Below are positions 10,090-21,173 of a DNA stretch of 64,000 nucleotides, in pieces. The stretch lies in IMG/VR virus record IMGVR_UViG_3300033076_001485, positions 32,001 through 96,000 of that record. The stretch is one strand, 5' to 3'. The stretch's first letter is position 1, and each line of letters opens with the position of its first letter. A program made the position numbers and the translations under genes. The stretch is from a virus (taxonomy: Duplodnaviria; Caudoviricetes). Below the pieces are notes generated by a model. That model did not search any database, had not been told where the DNA came from, and saw only the letters and a list, made by a program, of their open reading frames with translations.

Positions 10090-12444
10090 ATGTCATCAAA
10101 GTTTTTAAGAAAAACAGCTCGAAGGCTAATAAGAGATTTTGATCAATTTCAGCAAACTTATCCAGCACTTGTAAGATCAGAAGATCCTCTTAATAACGGC
10201 ATAAATTTAAAAACAAGCTTTAATGATGTCAAGACATTAGTATTTTCTGATCAAAATATTCAATTTCCGTCAATGCTACCTTTAGGCATGTCAAATTTAC
10301 CTAGCAGTTCAATTAATGCTATTGTAAATTTTAGTGCTGCTGCAATTGAGCAACGCCCGAGTTTGCCAGGAAGTACCGAGGGTCTTTCACCTTTTAATGA
10401 AACAATTTTTAATCTACCTGCAACATATGAGAACACATCGTCAATAGCAATTGCACCAGGATTTTCTACACCTGCACGCAATAAGATTGCAATACCGATT
10501 GATATAACTGCCAAACAAGAAAAATACATGTTTAGGCTTGGTTATTCTCTTACAAACTCCGACCCAGCAGGTCTTTTTTACGGACAAGCAGGTACAGGTT
10601 TTTGTTATTATAACTTTGATGAAAAGAGATGGGAAGATATTGGTCTAGATTTGAATTTTTACACAGGGCACATGGGCAACGGATCAGTTGCCAATCCAGA
10701 GACAGTTAATGGACAAGATTATTTCATGTCACAGTTTGTTGGAACTCCAAACGTCTCTTTTCCAGGAACTCCTGCGATTGCAGGACAGACAACAAATTAC
10801 ATAAAATACTTTGGTTATGATAAAATTGGAAGTCCGACAGAGTTTTTTGACGCTCCACTGGCACCACGTTACCACGCAACTGGAAGTCAAGGCTTACTCA
10901 TGTCTAACTACATTGCACAACCTTTTGCACTTGAAAGAATAGATGTAAAAATTCCTTTTGTTGCAAGAAGAAAACACGGACCAATTATAACAGGTGCAAG
11001 AGCAGAGTCGTCGTTAAGAGATATTGACAATCTTGTATTTTTCATATATCGTCAATCTGGCAATGTCAATGATCAGAAAGAAACCGTTAGATCACTAATA
11101 GCACATGAATCTTTGTCTTTTTTTAATAGCAAAATTAATTCAAACGTAAATTACACTTTACATGACCCCGTTTTTTCATACGACTATGATGAGAGTTTAT
11201 CATCAACAACAGAAAGACTTTTCACTGGATCTGTAACATTTACGACATATCCTAAAGTAACTTCCAAGAATTTTGCGGGGACAACAGCAAACACATTTTA
11301 CGATACAGTTGCAGGAACTTTTAAGCGTGCCGGTATCATAAATTTTTGGTCTGGTCCACTAGAAGCCGTTGTTTCAAGTAGCACAAACACGGTCAGTGGA
11401 GATGTAGGACCATCGGGAAACAATGATTTTTGGAGAATAAAGAATTCTACAAGAGGATCGGGCGCCGGCCTTAACATAACATTTGAGTCTACTCTTAATT
11501 CCGATCCTAGATTTTTAACTAATTACGCGACCGGGTCTCTGCAGCCACTAAATAGCTATTCGTTACCGACATCATTTTATAGCAGCAAAAATTGGTCACA
11601 ATATAACACAGCATACACACTACTCCCGCAAGATAGACTAGTTTTTGGTCTTGAATCAGATATATGCGCAAGAATCTCTGCTAATGGTTCATATATAGCA
11701 GGCATTGATTCATCGCCGCTTGGGGTCACAAGTTCATTTTTTAAGATTCTAACAGATCAAGCACAAGTAACTTTGTACGGGTCGCTTATACAAAATGGCA
11801 TTGCAAAAACAACGAATAGTATTAATCAAAATCTAGTTTCTCCAGCAGTTCATGAAATTATTGCTAACACACAAGATGATACTGATCAATTTGATAATGC
11901 TGAAAGATCACTTTATGTGGGTACTTATCTAGATAACTTTATGACAGGTTCTATGATTCTAGGTAATAGAGCAATAGCACAAAGTATTATTAACGGTCCA
12001 CAGATTGCATCGGGATCATTTATAAGATGTTTACCTTTGACGGATGGAGAAAAAACTTACTTCCAGAAAGGAATATCAACCATATTTGTAGTAACTGTCC
12101 CCTATTCAGAACCTAGAAATCCTAAAAATTATTTTAGATTTAATAAATACGGTAATTTTAGAGACATGCTTGAACAAGCACGTGACTACAGAATTTTCAA
12201 TAAATCACTCTATAAGAAGTCGGGTGGATTTGAAGAGCAGGGACCCGTTTATGCACAATTTGTTTTGTCATCATCAGAAATACCTGTCTCTGCATCTTTG
12301 ACACAATGTAATAATCTTAGCCCGTATATGACAGGAACATTTCCTTTTGATGATAGCATTACCGGATCCTTGTCGAGAGGCCCATATCCAGCGCCCAAGC
12401 AAAACAATCCATTTATACCCATAACTAACATTTTCAAGACATGA
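10090..12444 (+). CDS. hypothetical virion protein (784 aa), S/T/G-rich
   Basis: Long ORF in the baseplate cluster with many TGS/SGS tripeptides. Confidence 0.75.
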   Translation: MSSKFLRKTARRLIRDFDQFQQTYPALVRSEDPLNNGINLKTSFNDVKTLVFSDQNIQFPSMLPLGMSNLPSSSINAIVNFSAAAIEQRPSLPGSTEGLSPFNETIFNLPATYENTSSIAIAPGFSTPARNKIAIPIDITAKQEKYMFRLGYSLTNSDPAGLFYGQAGTGFCYYNFDEKRWEDIGLDLNFYTGHMGNGSVANPETVNGQDYFMSQFVGTPNVSFPGTPAIAGQTTNYIKYFGYDKIGSPTEFFDAPLAPRYHATGSQGLLMSNYIAQPFALERIDVKIPFVARRKHGPIITGARAESSLRDIDNLVFFIYRQSGNVNDQKETVRSLIAHESLSFFNSKINSNVNYTLHDPVFSYDYDESLSSTTERLFTGSVTFTTYPKVTSKNFAGTTANTFYDTVAGTFKRAGIINFWSGPLEAVVSSSTNTVSGDVGPSGNNDFWRIKNSTRGSGAGLNITFESTLNSDPRFLTNYATGSLQPLNSYSLPTSFYSSKNWSQYNTAYTLLPQDRLVFGLESDICARISANGSYIAGIDSSPLGVTSSFFKILTDQAQVTLYGSLIQNGIAKTTNSINQNLVSPAVHEIIANTQDDTDQFDNAERSLYVGTYLDNFMTGSMILGNRAIAQSIINGPQIASGSFIRCLPLTDGEKTYFQKGISTIFVVTVPYSEPRNPKNYFRFNKYGNFRDMLEQARDYRIFNKSLYKKSGGFEEQGPVYAQFVLSSSEIPVSASLTQCNNLSPYMTGTFPFDDSITGSLSRGPYPAPKQNNPFIPITNIFKT

Positions 12445-12474
12445 TGCTATTGTTATAATTAGCAATATCATGTC
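12438..12474 (+). promoter_or_regulatory. start-codon-occluding hairpin with the late-type motif ATAATTA (12455-12461) over its loop
   Basis: GACATGA (12438-44) pairs with TCATGTC (12468-74). TATTGTTA (12448-55) pairs with TAGCAATA (12460-67, one G-U). The ATG at 12470 is inside the stem. Confidence 0.6.
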
Positions 12475-13477
12475 AGGCATACTAGACTCTAAAACTCGCA
12501 TAATGGATGTTGTTCTTACAGCTGAGGGACGACGCCAGCTTGCAGCAGGAAAATTTGTACCCCAGTTCGCATCTTTTACAGATCGTCATGTTTTCTATGC
12601 AAAAGATGCTGCGAGCGGTTCTGATGATGCTTCTGCATATCTTTACTTTGAAGCAGGTAGCAGAAGCCAAGATCAAATTGTCATTGAAAATGATGATAGC
12701 GGTATGCTTATCCCATATAATGGTAATTCTGTGAGTGTCGCTCCTGACGGCAGAGTATATTCTGCGTCTCTAGAAACAATTACATCACCCACAGGACCAG
12801 GTACTTATAATCGTGTTAATTACACGCCTACAACGGGAACATTTGGCTCAATGTTTGAGCTTGTAAGCGGTTCAATATTGAATAGCTTGACTGACCAGTA
12901 TTTGATTAGAACAACTTATCCTTATGAAAAATATGATCAATTTTCTCTAACAACAGGCTCAATTGTTTTTAGAAGAAATAATTTTACACCATTCCGAGGT
13001 GCTCAACCATCAAGTCAAATTGGTGCGCTTGATCCATTCATTATTGATAGACAGCTATCACATCTTGATAATTTTAAGTTTTTATCGCCTGTGTACGTTG
13101 ATCAATCAAATGTTACTAAAAATTTAGGATCATATGATCCAATTGAGCCAATAGAGCAACTAACGTACGATGAACTCATGAGTAGCTTGTTAGGTAATGA
13201 TCCTCAATCTCCTCTCAAAGAAAAGCAAGTTGTTGATTTTGCACAAACTTCAATTCAAAGCAATGTCTTCATGCAAATTTTTGAAGGAACAACAACAAAT
13301 AGCGACGGAATTGCAATGCTTAAGAAGCTTGACTGTATTGATTTTGGTGAGTTCAAAGATGAGAATGATAAGCAGCGCCCGTACAAGCGAGTATTTTTTG
13401 TTGGAAAAGTTTATGCTGATGAGAGCGCAAGTCAAGCTCCTGCTTTTGTCAATCTCTTTACAATTGTGGCGGAATAA
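12470..13477 (+). CDS. putative baseplate/fibre-attachment protein; N-terminus paralogous to 21174-21878
   Basis: MSGILDSKTRIMDVVLTAEGRRQLAAGKF aligns with MGFLNQTTNNIIVDAVLTDLGRQFLARNDGSF. Confidence 0.6.
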   Translation: MSGILDSKTRIMDVVLTAEGRRQLAAGKFVPQFASFTDRHVFYAKDAASGSDDASAYLYFEAGSRSQDQIVIENDDSGMLIPYNGNSVSVAPDGRVYSASLETITSPTGPGTYNRVNYTPTTGTFGSMFELVSGSILNSLTDQYLIRTTYPYEKYDQFSLTTGSIVFRRNNFTPFRGAQPSSQIGALDPFIIDRQLSHLDNFKFLSPVYVDQSNVTKNLGSYDPIEPIEQLTYDELMSSLLGNDPQSPLKEKQVVDFAQTSIQSNVFMQIFEGTTTNSDGIAMLKKLDCIDFGEFKDENDKQRPYKRVFFVGKVYADESASQAPAFVNLFTIVAE

Positions 13478-15895
13478 ATGAACACAGTCAATAGCGATGT
13501 GATCACAATCATTAAAGATATGCCACAAGACGACGTTAGCATAAATGTCGTCACTGTGGGTAATAGACAGTTTTATGAATATAAGGTCAATTTTTTAATT
13601 GACCAAGTGGCAGCATATTCAGCTGATGTTAGAACAATGAAGGTTGACATTGCTTATAAAAGAGTGGGCAAGACTTTTTCTTTGTTAGGTGGTAAGATTT
13701 TTGCATCCCCTAGCGATTTCAATAATCAAATTCTCAATGGAAGAAAGAATAAGATTAATTTCATTGAGGAGACTGACAAAGAACAAGAAAATAATAATAT
13801 TATTTCTCAAAAAATTGATATTTTTTCTAGATCAAGAAAAGTTAGTAAATTTCGTTTAAAAAATTCTAAATATATTGATCTTGCCACTATTGTCTCTACG
13901 TTTGAAACAACGACAAATTTGCAACCAGGACAAATTACAAAGCTAACAGCTAGTGATCTTGTTAAAAATTCAACTCAACAAGATGTGCAAGAGAGCGGAA
14001 TTTCTTTGTATTCTAATCTCACATTGCGTGGTAAAGATCCAGCTCATCAAATTAATGGAATGAGTTTAATAGAAGATGCTACATTGGTAAGACGCGGTCT
14101 TGCTTCTGTGACACCAGCTAAGAAAAGTATTGCAGGTGCTTTTACCCCCGCAAATTTTCAAGGGAATAGAAATAGTTTGCTAGCACCACAGCTAACCGTC
14201 CAGAAAAGACAAAATCTTACTACAAACGTTTTGCTACCATACACATTTAGATTTCCAATTTCTATTAATTTTCCAAATGGAAAATTTTCTGTAATTTGTG
14301 CTATTAGAAAGGCAGATGGTTCGCTTATCCAAAAAATAGACTTTATCATCAATCACGCAAGACAAATCATTAAATATAGCATTCCAAAACAGCTACCGAC
14401 AACCGGTATACAATTCGTTTCTAAAACATCAGCACAGATTAATGTCTTCAATAGAGATCCAAGAGTTGCTAATGTTAGAATTTATAAACGTGATATACAC
14501 CCTTATCAAACTATAGATAGTCAATCAACCTTTAATAAGGTTTCAATAGTTTCTGCTGATTGGAAGCAACAGGTAAATTCTTCAAGAATACAAATAAAAT
14601 CATCAACTAATGTCTTGATAAGAACCGTTCCTATACTGACAACAGGTGTTATTTTAGGAAATTTTGAAAGCAAGACACACACAGTTAAATCTGACCTTGT
14701 GGGTGGTTCTGTTATTGCAACAGCAAACAAGGGAAGTATTACAATTGAATTGTATGGCGCACCTTCGAGCTACAAATATGTGCAATTTGTAAAAAGAACG
14801 ATCGATTTAAAGCAAAAATCTTGGATCAACATAGGAAATCCAATAAAAATGGGTGAAGGAATTCCTAGTATTGAAGACAGCAACATCTTAAAAGAAAGAA
14901 CATACGAATATTCTGCATTTTTACAAGACACACATGGCAATATTAAACGTGCAAGGACAACATCACTTGCAAGGGCCACGGACTACACGTCAGGTACAGA
15001 GATTACTGTAACACAAAAAAGAGTAACTACGCAGCTTAATTCAACAACAGTAACCTTTAATGTTGCCGTTACACTGACTAAAGACAGTGATACAACAGCA
15101 ATTTTATTAGCCACTAAGGCACAAGGTATCGATAATTATTTTGAACAAGAAACGTTAAAGCTATCGGGTGATTTGTCATCTATTACTAAAGTCAACATTA
15201 GAAGACAATCACTTGAGACAGGCGAGATTAAAGATCTAGGTGTTATCGATCCTGGTGATTTTACTGATACTGTAACAGAGAGTGTTGTTTACATCTTTGA
15301 GGGTTTGCTAAGAGGTCAATCCGATCTTTTTGAAGAAATTGCATCAGACAAGACATCAAAACGCACATTAGACCCTAAAGACGCGTTACAGAGAAGTCAG
15401 ATAGTATCATCTACGCTAACTTCAACTCCTAGAATATCAAAAATTAACTTTACACAAAAATTCTTATCAAAGAAATCCTTACTTAAGGGAACACTTTCGT
15501 ATGGTAATACTAAATCTTCTGACATCGATGCCTCAGGATTCTTGCAAGGGCGTTTAGGAATTACAGAGACATTTTCAGTAACAAAAGATTACAATAACAC
15601 AAGTATTACAAATTTTGATCTTATTGTTGCTGATGAAAATCATAGAATGTTGTCATTTGATGTAAGAAATTCAACTAATCAAAAATTTATTGATTTTTTC
15701 ATTATTTCTACAATACGAGGTAACATTAGATCTGTAATTGGAAGTTGCCATTACATCGATGATACTGTTCGTCAGCATTTTCTTGATAACAAAACAAGAT
15801 TAAAAAATGGCAGTATAACATATGTTATTACACCTGTTAAGTATGATGGGACAACTTTGAGCGAAATAACAACACAGCAGTTTGAGGTGATGTAA
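13478..15895 (+). CDS. hypothetical beta-rich virion-cluster protein (805 aa), possible Ig/FN3-like domains
   Basis: Long ORF abutting both neighbours; IEDSNILKERTYEYSAF and ITYVITPVKYDG are FN3-like strand patterns. Confidence 0.65.
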   Translation: MNTVNSDVITIIKDMPQDDVSINVVTVGNRQFYEYKVNFLIDQVAAYSADVRTMKVDIAYKRVGKTFSLLGGKIFASPSDFNNQILNGRKNKINFIEETDKEQENNNIISQKIDIFSRSRKVSKFRLKNSKYIDLATIVSTFETTTNLQPGQITKLTASDLVKNSTQQDVQESGISLYSNLTLRGKDPAHQINGMSLIEDATLVRRGLASVTPAKKSIAGAFTPANFQGNRNSLLAPQLTVQKRQNLTTNVLLPYTFRFPISINFPNGKFSVICAIRKADGSLIQKIDFIINHARQIIKYSIPKQLPTTGIQFVSKTSAQINVFNRDPRVANVRIYKRDIHPYQTIDSQSTFNKVSIVSADWKQQVNSSRIQIKSSTNVLIRTVPILTTGVILGNFESKTHTVKSDLVGGSVIATANKGSITIELYGAPSSYKYVQFVKRTIDLKQKSWINIGNPIKMGEGIPSIEDSNILKERTYEYSAFLQDTHGNIKRARTTSLARATDYTSGTEITVTQKRVTTQLNSTTVTFNVAVTLTKDSDTTAILLATKAQGIDNYFEQETLKLSGDLSSITKVNIRRQSLETGEIKDLGVIDPGDFTDTVTESVVYIFEGLLRGQSDLFEEIASDKTSKRTLDPKDALQRSQIVSSTLTSTPRISKINFTQKFLSKKSLLKGTLSYGNTKSSDIDASGFLQGRLGITETFSVTKDYNNTSITNFDLIVADENHRMLSFDVRNSTNQKFIDFFIISTIRGNIRSVIGSCHYIDDTVRQHFLDNKTRLKNGSITYVITPVKYDGTTLSEITTQQFEVM

Positions 15896-18800
15896 TGGGT
15901 TATAATTTCAGGTCCTCTCTAAATCTGCAAGTTCAAACAAAGCCGAGCATTAGAGAAATATCAGCATCTAGGTTTGCGATTACAACAGGCTCAAATGGAG
16001 CCGTGACTGTTACTACGACACGTGCAGCCACGTTAGAAGAGCAAGCAGCAAGAAGACAGTCTGCAAGAGAATCTGGCGGTCTACCTCGTCAAATTGAGGA
16101 AGTTGGTGATTATGCAAGTTTACCTTCCTCAAAAAGAGATGTATTCCTTACAGGATCACATGGATTAACTTCTCTCTACCCAGCAATTCTTTTAACATCA
16201 CCAAGAACTTCAAAAATTGTTGACCTTAACTCAGGATTGACTGCAACACCTTTTATTATTGATCTTAATAACCAGGTTAAAAAAACAGTTGAGACAAGTG
16301 TCAAAAGTGCGATAGATGTGTACACACCTATTTTGTCTTTAACTAATAACGATTATAATCAATCTCTTAATGTTGCCAATAAATACGCAGATTTTTGCTT
16401 ACAAGCTGCTTTGCAAAAAGATCGTATTATTGAGTTGACTAATATTATTAATGCTAAAGTTACATCAAGTCCTAACCAATCACAAAACATTGTGATTGAC
16501 GGCAGAGAATATCAATTTTTGAATAATTTTCCCGATGTAATTTCTTTTATGAAGAATATCGATGATAGACTAAAATTAGAAACTTTCACCGAGGGCAATC
16601 AAGATAGTGTCAATACAAAGTCTTTTGTGCAAGTATTAAAAATTCTGTATAATCAATTTCTTATAGGAAATTTAGAGATTGGCTTGTCGTCAACAAGTAA
16701 CACGTATCTCTTGGGGAGCGTTGATTATTACATCAATAACACATTAAAAAGTGTAATTTCTGTTGGAAATGACTTTAGCATAGAAAATATCGACAGTATA
16801 TCACATGATGAGTTTAAAAATACTGACAGATTAATTGATCTAGTTAGAATTGTTCAAAGAGATCTTATCATTCAAAGTTCTCAAACGCAAATGACTACAA
16901 TTGCTGGTCAAGGTGTCACGGGTCAAGATGTTTTAAGTAATTTTATTGGAAAATACAAAGATCAATACCAGAGAAGCAACACATTTTTAAGTACAGGATC
17001 ACTGGAAATTAGTGACTTTACTCAAAATGAAACAGCGCCAATAAGATCAATTCTCGTTAAAGATGATATGAATTCATCATTTAATGTTTTAGATGTTGTT
17101 AAAGGGCACGATTATTTGCTCTACGAAGAGCTTGCTAAAGAGACAAATAGCGTTAATTTAGATAACTTAATAAGTTTCTCAAATAGCTATGCGCAATTTT
17201 CATTAAAGCTTCACCAACTTTACCAGGCAATTTTTAGAGATGACCAGACAAGACAAAAATGCTTAAGCATAATAGCATCTAACTTTTTGTCATTTTTTAC
17301 GTCAACACAGGTGACACAGACTGAATTTACATCAAAATCTAGTGCTGCAAGAACTGCAGCACTCATGGCAGCAGCCATGGATCAGTCAGTGTCAACATTT
17401 TTATTTAATCTAATATGTAAGCAAGCAAGAAATGAAGATAATGATGATCTTAGAGAAACTTTTGCGTTTAATGTTTTTTATGGATGGGGTGATGGTCTTA
17501 ATAATGACAACTTGCGCGTCAATGGATCTACAGCTGATGGCGGCGGGTATTATAGAATAAGATCAGATTATTTTAAAGGCGGCCCAGGAACGTCATTCGG
17601 CATGTTTCATGCTATTGCACAAGAAATTGAAAATGCGCTAGCAAGTGAAAATCTACAAAATAATGATGAAAGAAATACTACATTTTCTTTAAATTTAACC
17701 AGAGATGCCCGCGCATTTGTTTTCTATCAGCTATTCTTAGATATCATCAGAAATTTTTACTTTGACATTGATATAAGAGATATCACTTACAAAGAATTTA
17801 GAATTAGATACAAACCTGAGCAGTATAAATCAATAAAATTTGCATTAGAGAACTTTAGTAAAGGCACTGAAGAATTCAATAATGCAGTTAATTCTTATGT
17901 TTTTTCTGATTCAAATAATGAAAGTTATCAAGAAGATGCAAGATTATTTTATTCTAAGTACCTTGCAGCAATAACAAGAAAGATAAACGATCAAGAGCAA
18001 AATTGCCTTGATATTGTCAACTTATTTATAAATCATTCTGCGCAGTTTTCACAAGCAACAACGATATTGAAATCAAGCATCGATAGCATTAAGAGAATAC
18101 TTGCAGATAATGCAATGCTTGACAAAGAAAGCGTGCTGAATGCAATTCAAACTGAGCAGGCAAGTTTAAAAAAGAATATTGTCAATAGATACTCAAATGT
18201 GCTTCGTGGCGCAACTTATCTCCCGTCAGCAATTGATCACAATTACAATCAAGCATTAAACACGAAGACAGTTGTGTCAACATTGCCTGTCTTAAATGAT
18301 CCAATTGATGAATCTTTGACAAGAAAATTTTTGATTGCTGTAGGAATGCCATCAGGTCTACTAGAAAGTTTGAGATATCAAAATTCAATTTCAACATCTG
18401 AGCATTTGTATAGCATTGATCTTGTTTTTAAGAATCTACAGATCGATCAATCTACAGAAAGATTTTTTAGTAGATCTAATCTTGACAATTATTACGTTAC
18501 TAAATCTTATACTTTTTCATCTCGTATTTTTGTCAATGAGGGATACCAGCTTGCTGATGGTGCTGATGTAAAAGCAAATCAATTATCTAATTATGAGCAA
18601 ATTTATGCTGCAACAAAATACAAGGTTATTGACGATGATGGTCTCTATAGAGATGCAACACCTGATGATCTTGCTTTCATCTTGGGCGGTAGAACTGTTT
18701 TAGATAATCATCTTACAAGTCACTATTCAAAACTTTTATTAAAAACTACAACAGGCATAACACTTGATGAGGAGGCATTTGATTTAGTGCCTCAAACTAG

Positions 18801-19272
18801 ACAATATCCAGATACAGCTCAAGAAGCAAATTATACGACAATTGTTGATAGAATTTCTATTAATTACCCTGATACAGCAGAGGGTAATCTTAATAAAGAA
18901 CGTGCTCTGCGTGATCTATCGAGGGCAATCGTCCTCGCACCCCAGCAACATAAAACATCAATGATGATCTCTAAAACATTTGAAAGAATACACGTCATTC
19001 CAATTGATATTAGTAGCGTATTAGAAGAGTTGCAAATTTCAAATAGCGATATATGTTTTATTGATGTTGTAGCAAAAATACGCCTTGAAGATAATCAACC
19101 ACCAATTAGCTTCAACCAATCACCTACACGTCGCAGTTATTCACAAGCTTCTAATGATGTCTTTACGACAATTGGTCAAACTGACGCTAGATCACAAAGC
19201 GCAAGTAGTGTTGGTTTAAACGCATTTGTTGAAACTAGTAAAAAATTTAGCGGCATGTTAGGAGGCAGATAA
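15895..19272 (+). CDS. hypothetical large, mostly helical virion-cluster protein (1125 aa)
   Basis: Long ORF with TAATG coupling to the previous gene; no recognisable motif. Confidence 0.75.
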   Translation: MGYNFRSSLNLQVQTKPSIREISASRFAITTGSNGAVTVTTTRAATLEEQAARRQSARESGGLPRQIEEVGDYASLPSSKRDVFLTGSHGLTSLYPAILLTSPRTSKIVDLNSGLTATPFIIDLNNQVKKTVETSVKSAIDVYTPILSLTNNDYNQSLNVANKYADFCLQAALQKDRIIELTNIINAKVTSSPNQSQNIVIDGREYQFLNNFPDVISFMKNIDDRLKLETFTEGNQDSVNTKSFVQVLKILYNQFLIGNLEIGLSSTSNTYLLGSVDYYINNTLKSVISVGNDFSIENIDSISHDEFKNTDRLIDLVRIVQRDLIIQSSQTQMTTIAGQGVTGQDVLSNFIGKYKDQYQRSNTFLSTGSLEISDFTQNETAPIRSILVKDDMNSSFNVLDVVKGHDYLLYEELAKETNSVNLDNLISFSNSYAQFSLKLHQLYQAIFRDDQTRQKCLSIIASNFLSFFTSTQVTQTEFTSKSSAARTAALMAAAMDQSVSTFLFNLICKQARNEDNDDLRETFAFNVFYGWGDGLNNDNLRVNGSTADGGGYYRIRSDYFKGGPGTSFGMFHAIAQEIENALASENLQNNDERNTTFSLNLTRDARAFVFYQLFLDIIRNFYFDIDIRDITYKEFRIRYKPEQYKSIKFALENFSKGTEEFNNAVNSYVFSDSNNESYQEDARLFYSKYLAAITRKINDQEQNCLDIVNLFINHSAQFSQATTILKSSIDSIKRILADNAMLDKESVLNAIQTEQASLKKNIVNRYSNVLRGATYLPSAIDHNYNQALNTKTVVSTLPVLNDPIDESLTRKFLIAVGMPSGLLESLRYQNSISTSEHLYSIDLVFKNLQIDQSTERFFSRSNLDNYYVTKSYTFSSRIFVNEGYQLADGADVKANQLSNYEQIYAATKYKVIDDDGLYRDATPDDLAFILGGRTVLDNHLTSHYSKLLLKTTTGITLDEEAFDLVPQTRQYPDTAQEANYTTIVDRISINYPDTAEGNLNKERALRDLSRAIVLAPQQHKTSMMISKTFERIHVIPIDISSVLEELQISNSDICFIDVVAKIRLEDNQPPISFNQSPTRRSYSQASNDVFTTIGQTDARSQSASSVGLNAFVETSKKFSGMLGGR

Positions 19273-19273
19273 A

Positions 19274-21124
19274 ATGACAGAAACTTACTTTTCAAAGCCA
19301 AGTCTCCTCGTTGACTTGCCAGAAGTTAGAGAATTAAAATCTGAATTTGTGTATAATTTTTTCTCTGCTGATGAGAGAGTAAATGAATCATCAAATTCTT
19401 ATGATTCTAATAGTGTTTACGGGAGAGTTGGATTTACATCAACGAACATAGATTTAACAACAGCGACATACACAGAAAATGTTGCTACGTCAAATATTAC
19501 TGATCAAGATCTTAGAGCCTTCTACGGAAGGAAGGCCATCTATCCAAGATTTGTTAAAATAACATTTAAGAACCCTGAAGCAAATATTGACAATAGCTTA
19601 AGAGTTAAAACAACAGACATAAAAAATATTGCTAGAGAGGCAGCACTAAATGTCTTTGGTAGAACAGGCGTCAGCGTTATAGACACTTCACTTGACCAGA
19701 CTGTCTACAATATTTTATCAGGTTCGGTGTTAGATTCAACAAATGAAGAAAATACCAGCGTATCAATAAGAATTCTCAATGCAATACAGAACGGTCTGCA
19801 GCCTGATGGATATCGATATGCCACAACAGACACACGTCAGAGTCAGATAAATCATATTGAAGAAGCACTACAGGGTCTTGATTATGGTTTTTCATATTAT
19901 TCTAGCATTGCAGGCACAATAACCGCAGCAAGTCTAAATTCATCAAAAAATATCTACACTGATGAAATTTCAAGTACTCAAGATTCATTAAAAAGAATTG
20001 AAGAGCAAGCAATTGCTGCAAGTAATCCATATATTTTAAGAACATCTGATTATGAGGCAGAATTTAATTTTGCCAACATCGATGTCAATATACCTTCTTC
20101 TTCTAGATTGCCTGTAATAAAGAATTATTTAATAGGTTATATTCTTCAAAAATTTTCTACTAATGCTGATGGAACAACAAAAATCTTCAGTGAAAAGGTT
20201 GTCTTAAATCCCAAGATCACATCATTACTTGATCCAGATATAGCTTATGGAAGAAAATACAAGTATAGAGTAATTGCTCTTTACGCATGCTTATTTCAAA
20301 TGAGTCAGCGTGTAGTTAACGGTCGAGGTCTAGAAGAAGATAGAACTGTAACAAAATATGTCCTTTTCTCGTCAAGAGGAATGGAAACATCTACTATCTG
20401 TGAAGAATACATCGCGCCGCCGCCACCTGTTGATCTAAGATTTAGATATCGTGCTGATAATACCGGTTTAAACATAACATGGAATTTTCCAGTGAACCCA
20501 CAGCGTGATATCAAAAAATTTCAAGTTTTTAGAAGAAAAACAATATCTGAGCCATTCCAGCTCATTCGTGTATACGACTTTGATGACTCAGCATCTAAGT
20601 CGCTAGATCCAGAAAATGTTCCCGAGAGCCTTATTAGCCGAAATCTTTTACCAGTAACAATTCATCATGATCTAGCATTTACAAAAAATAGTAAGTTTAT
20701 CTATGCCGTGTGCGCAATAGATGCACACGGGTATACGTCAAACTATTCTGTTCAACTTGAAGCAAGCTATGACAGATATAGAAATAGAATAAATACACGT
20801 GTGATATCAAGATCAGATGCACCTAAACCGTATCCTAATATCTTTCTTAATCAAGATACCTTTGTTGACACAATGAAAATGTCTGGATACACAAGAGTCA
20901 ATATTTATTTCGATCCCGAATATGTCAAGATAGCAGATCAAAGCGGTGTTGACCAAAATCATATTGTTTTTAATAACAATAGAGGAGATGACAATTCATA
21001 TAAGCTTATGATAGTCAATACTGATTTTCAACAGAGTCAAACTCTTGATATTAAAATCAATGATAGTTATGTTCAACCACCGGTTATTACGCCATCCACG
21101 GCTCGTGTTTTTAGTCCCACATAA
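19274..21124 (+). CDS. virion-cluster protein with C-terminal fibronectin type III-like domains (616 aa)
   Basis: LDPDIAYGRKYKYRV, PPPPVDLRF...ITWNFP, YAVCAIDAHGYTSNYS. Confidence 0.6.
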   Translation: MTETYFSKPSLLVDLPEVRELKSEFVYNFFSADERVNESSNSYDSNSVYGRVGFTSTNIDLTTATYTENVATSNITDQDLRAFYGRKAIYPRFVKITFKNPEANIDNSLRVKTTDIKNIAREAALNVFGRTGVSVIDTSLDQTVYNILSGSVLDSTNEENTSVSIRILNAIQNGLQPDGYRYATTDTRQSQINHIEEALQGLDYGFSYYSSIAGTITAASLNSSKNIYTDEISSTQDSLKRIEEQAIAASNPYILRTSDYEAEFNFANIDVNIPSSSRLPVIKNYLIGYILQKFSTNADGTTKIFSEKVVLNPKITSLLDPDIAYGRKYKYRVIALYACLFQMSQRVVNGRGLEEDRTVTKYVLFSSRGMETSTICEEYIAPPPPVDLRFRYRADNTGLNITWNFPVNPQRDIKKFQVFRRKTISEPFQLIRVYDFDDSASKSLDPENVPESLISRNLLPVTIHHDLAFTKNSKFIYAVCAIDAHGYTSNYSVQLEASYDRYRNRINTRVISRSDAPKPYPNIFLNQDTFVDTMKMSGYTRVNIYFDPEYVKIADQSGVDQNHIVFNNNRGDDNSYKLMIVNTDFQQSQTLDIKINDSYVQPPVITPSTARVFSPT

Positions 21125-21173
21125 GATTTAACTTGTAACTTCACGCAAAGAATATTTAGAAACAGGTGTACAA

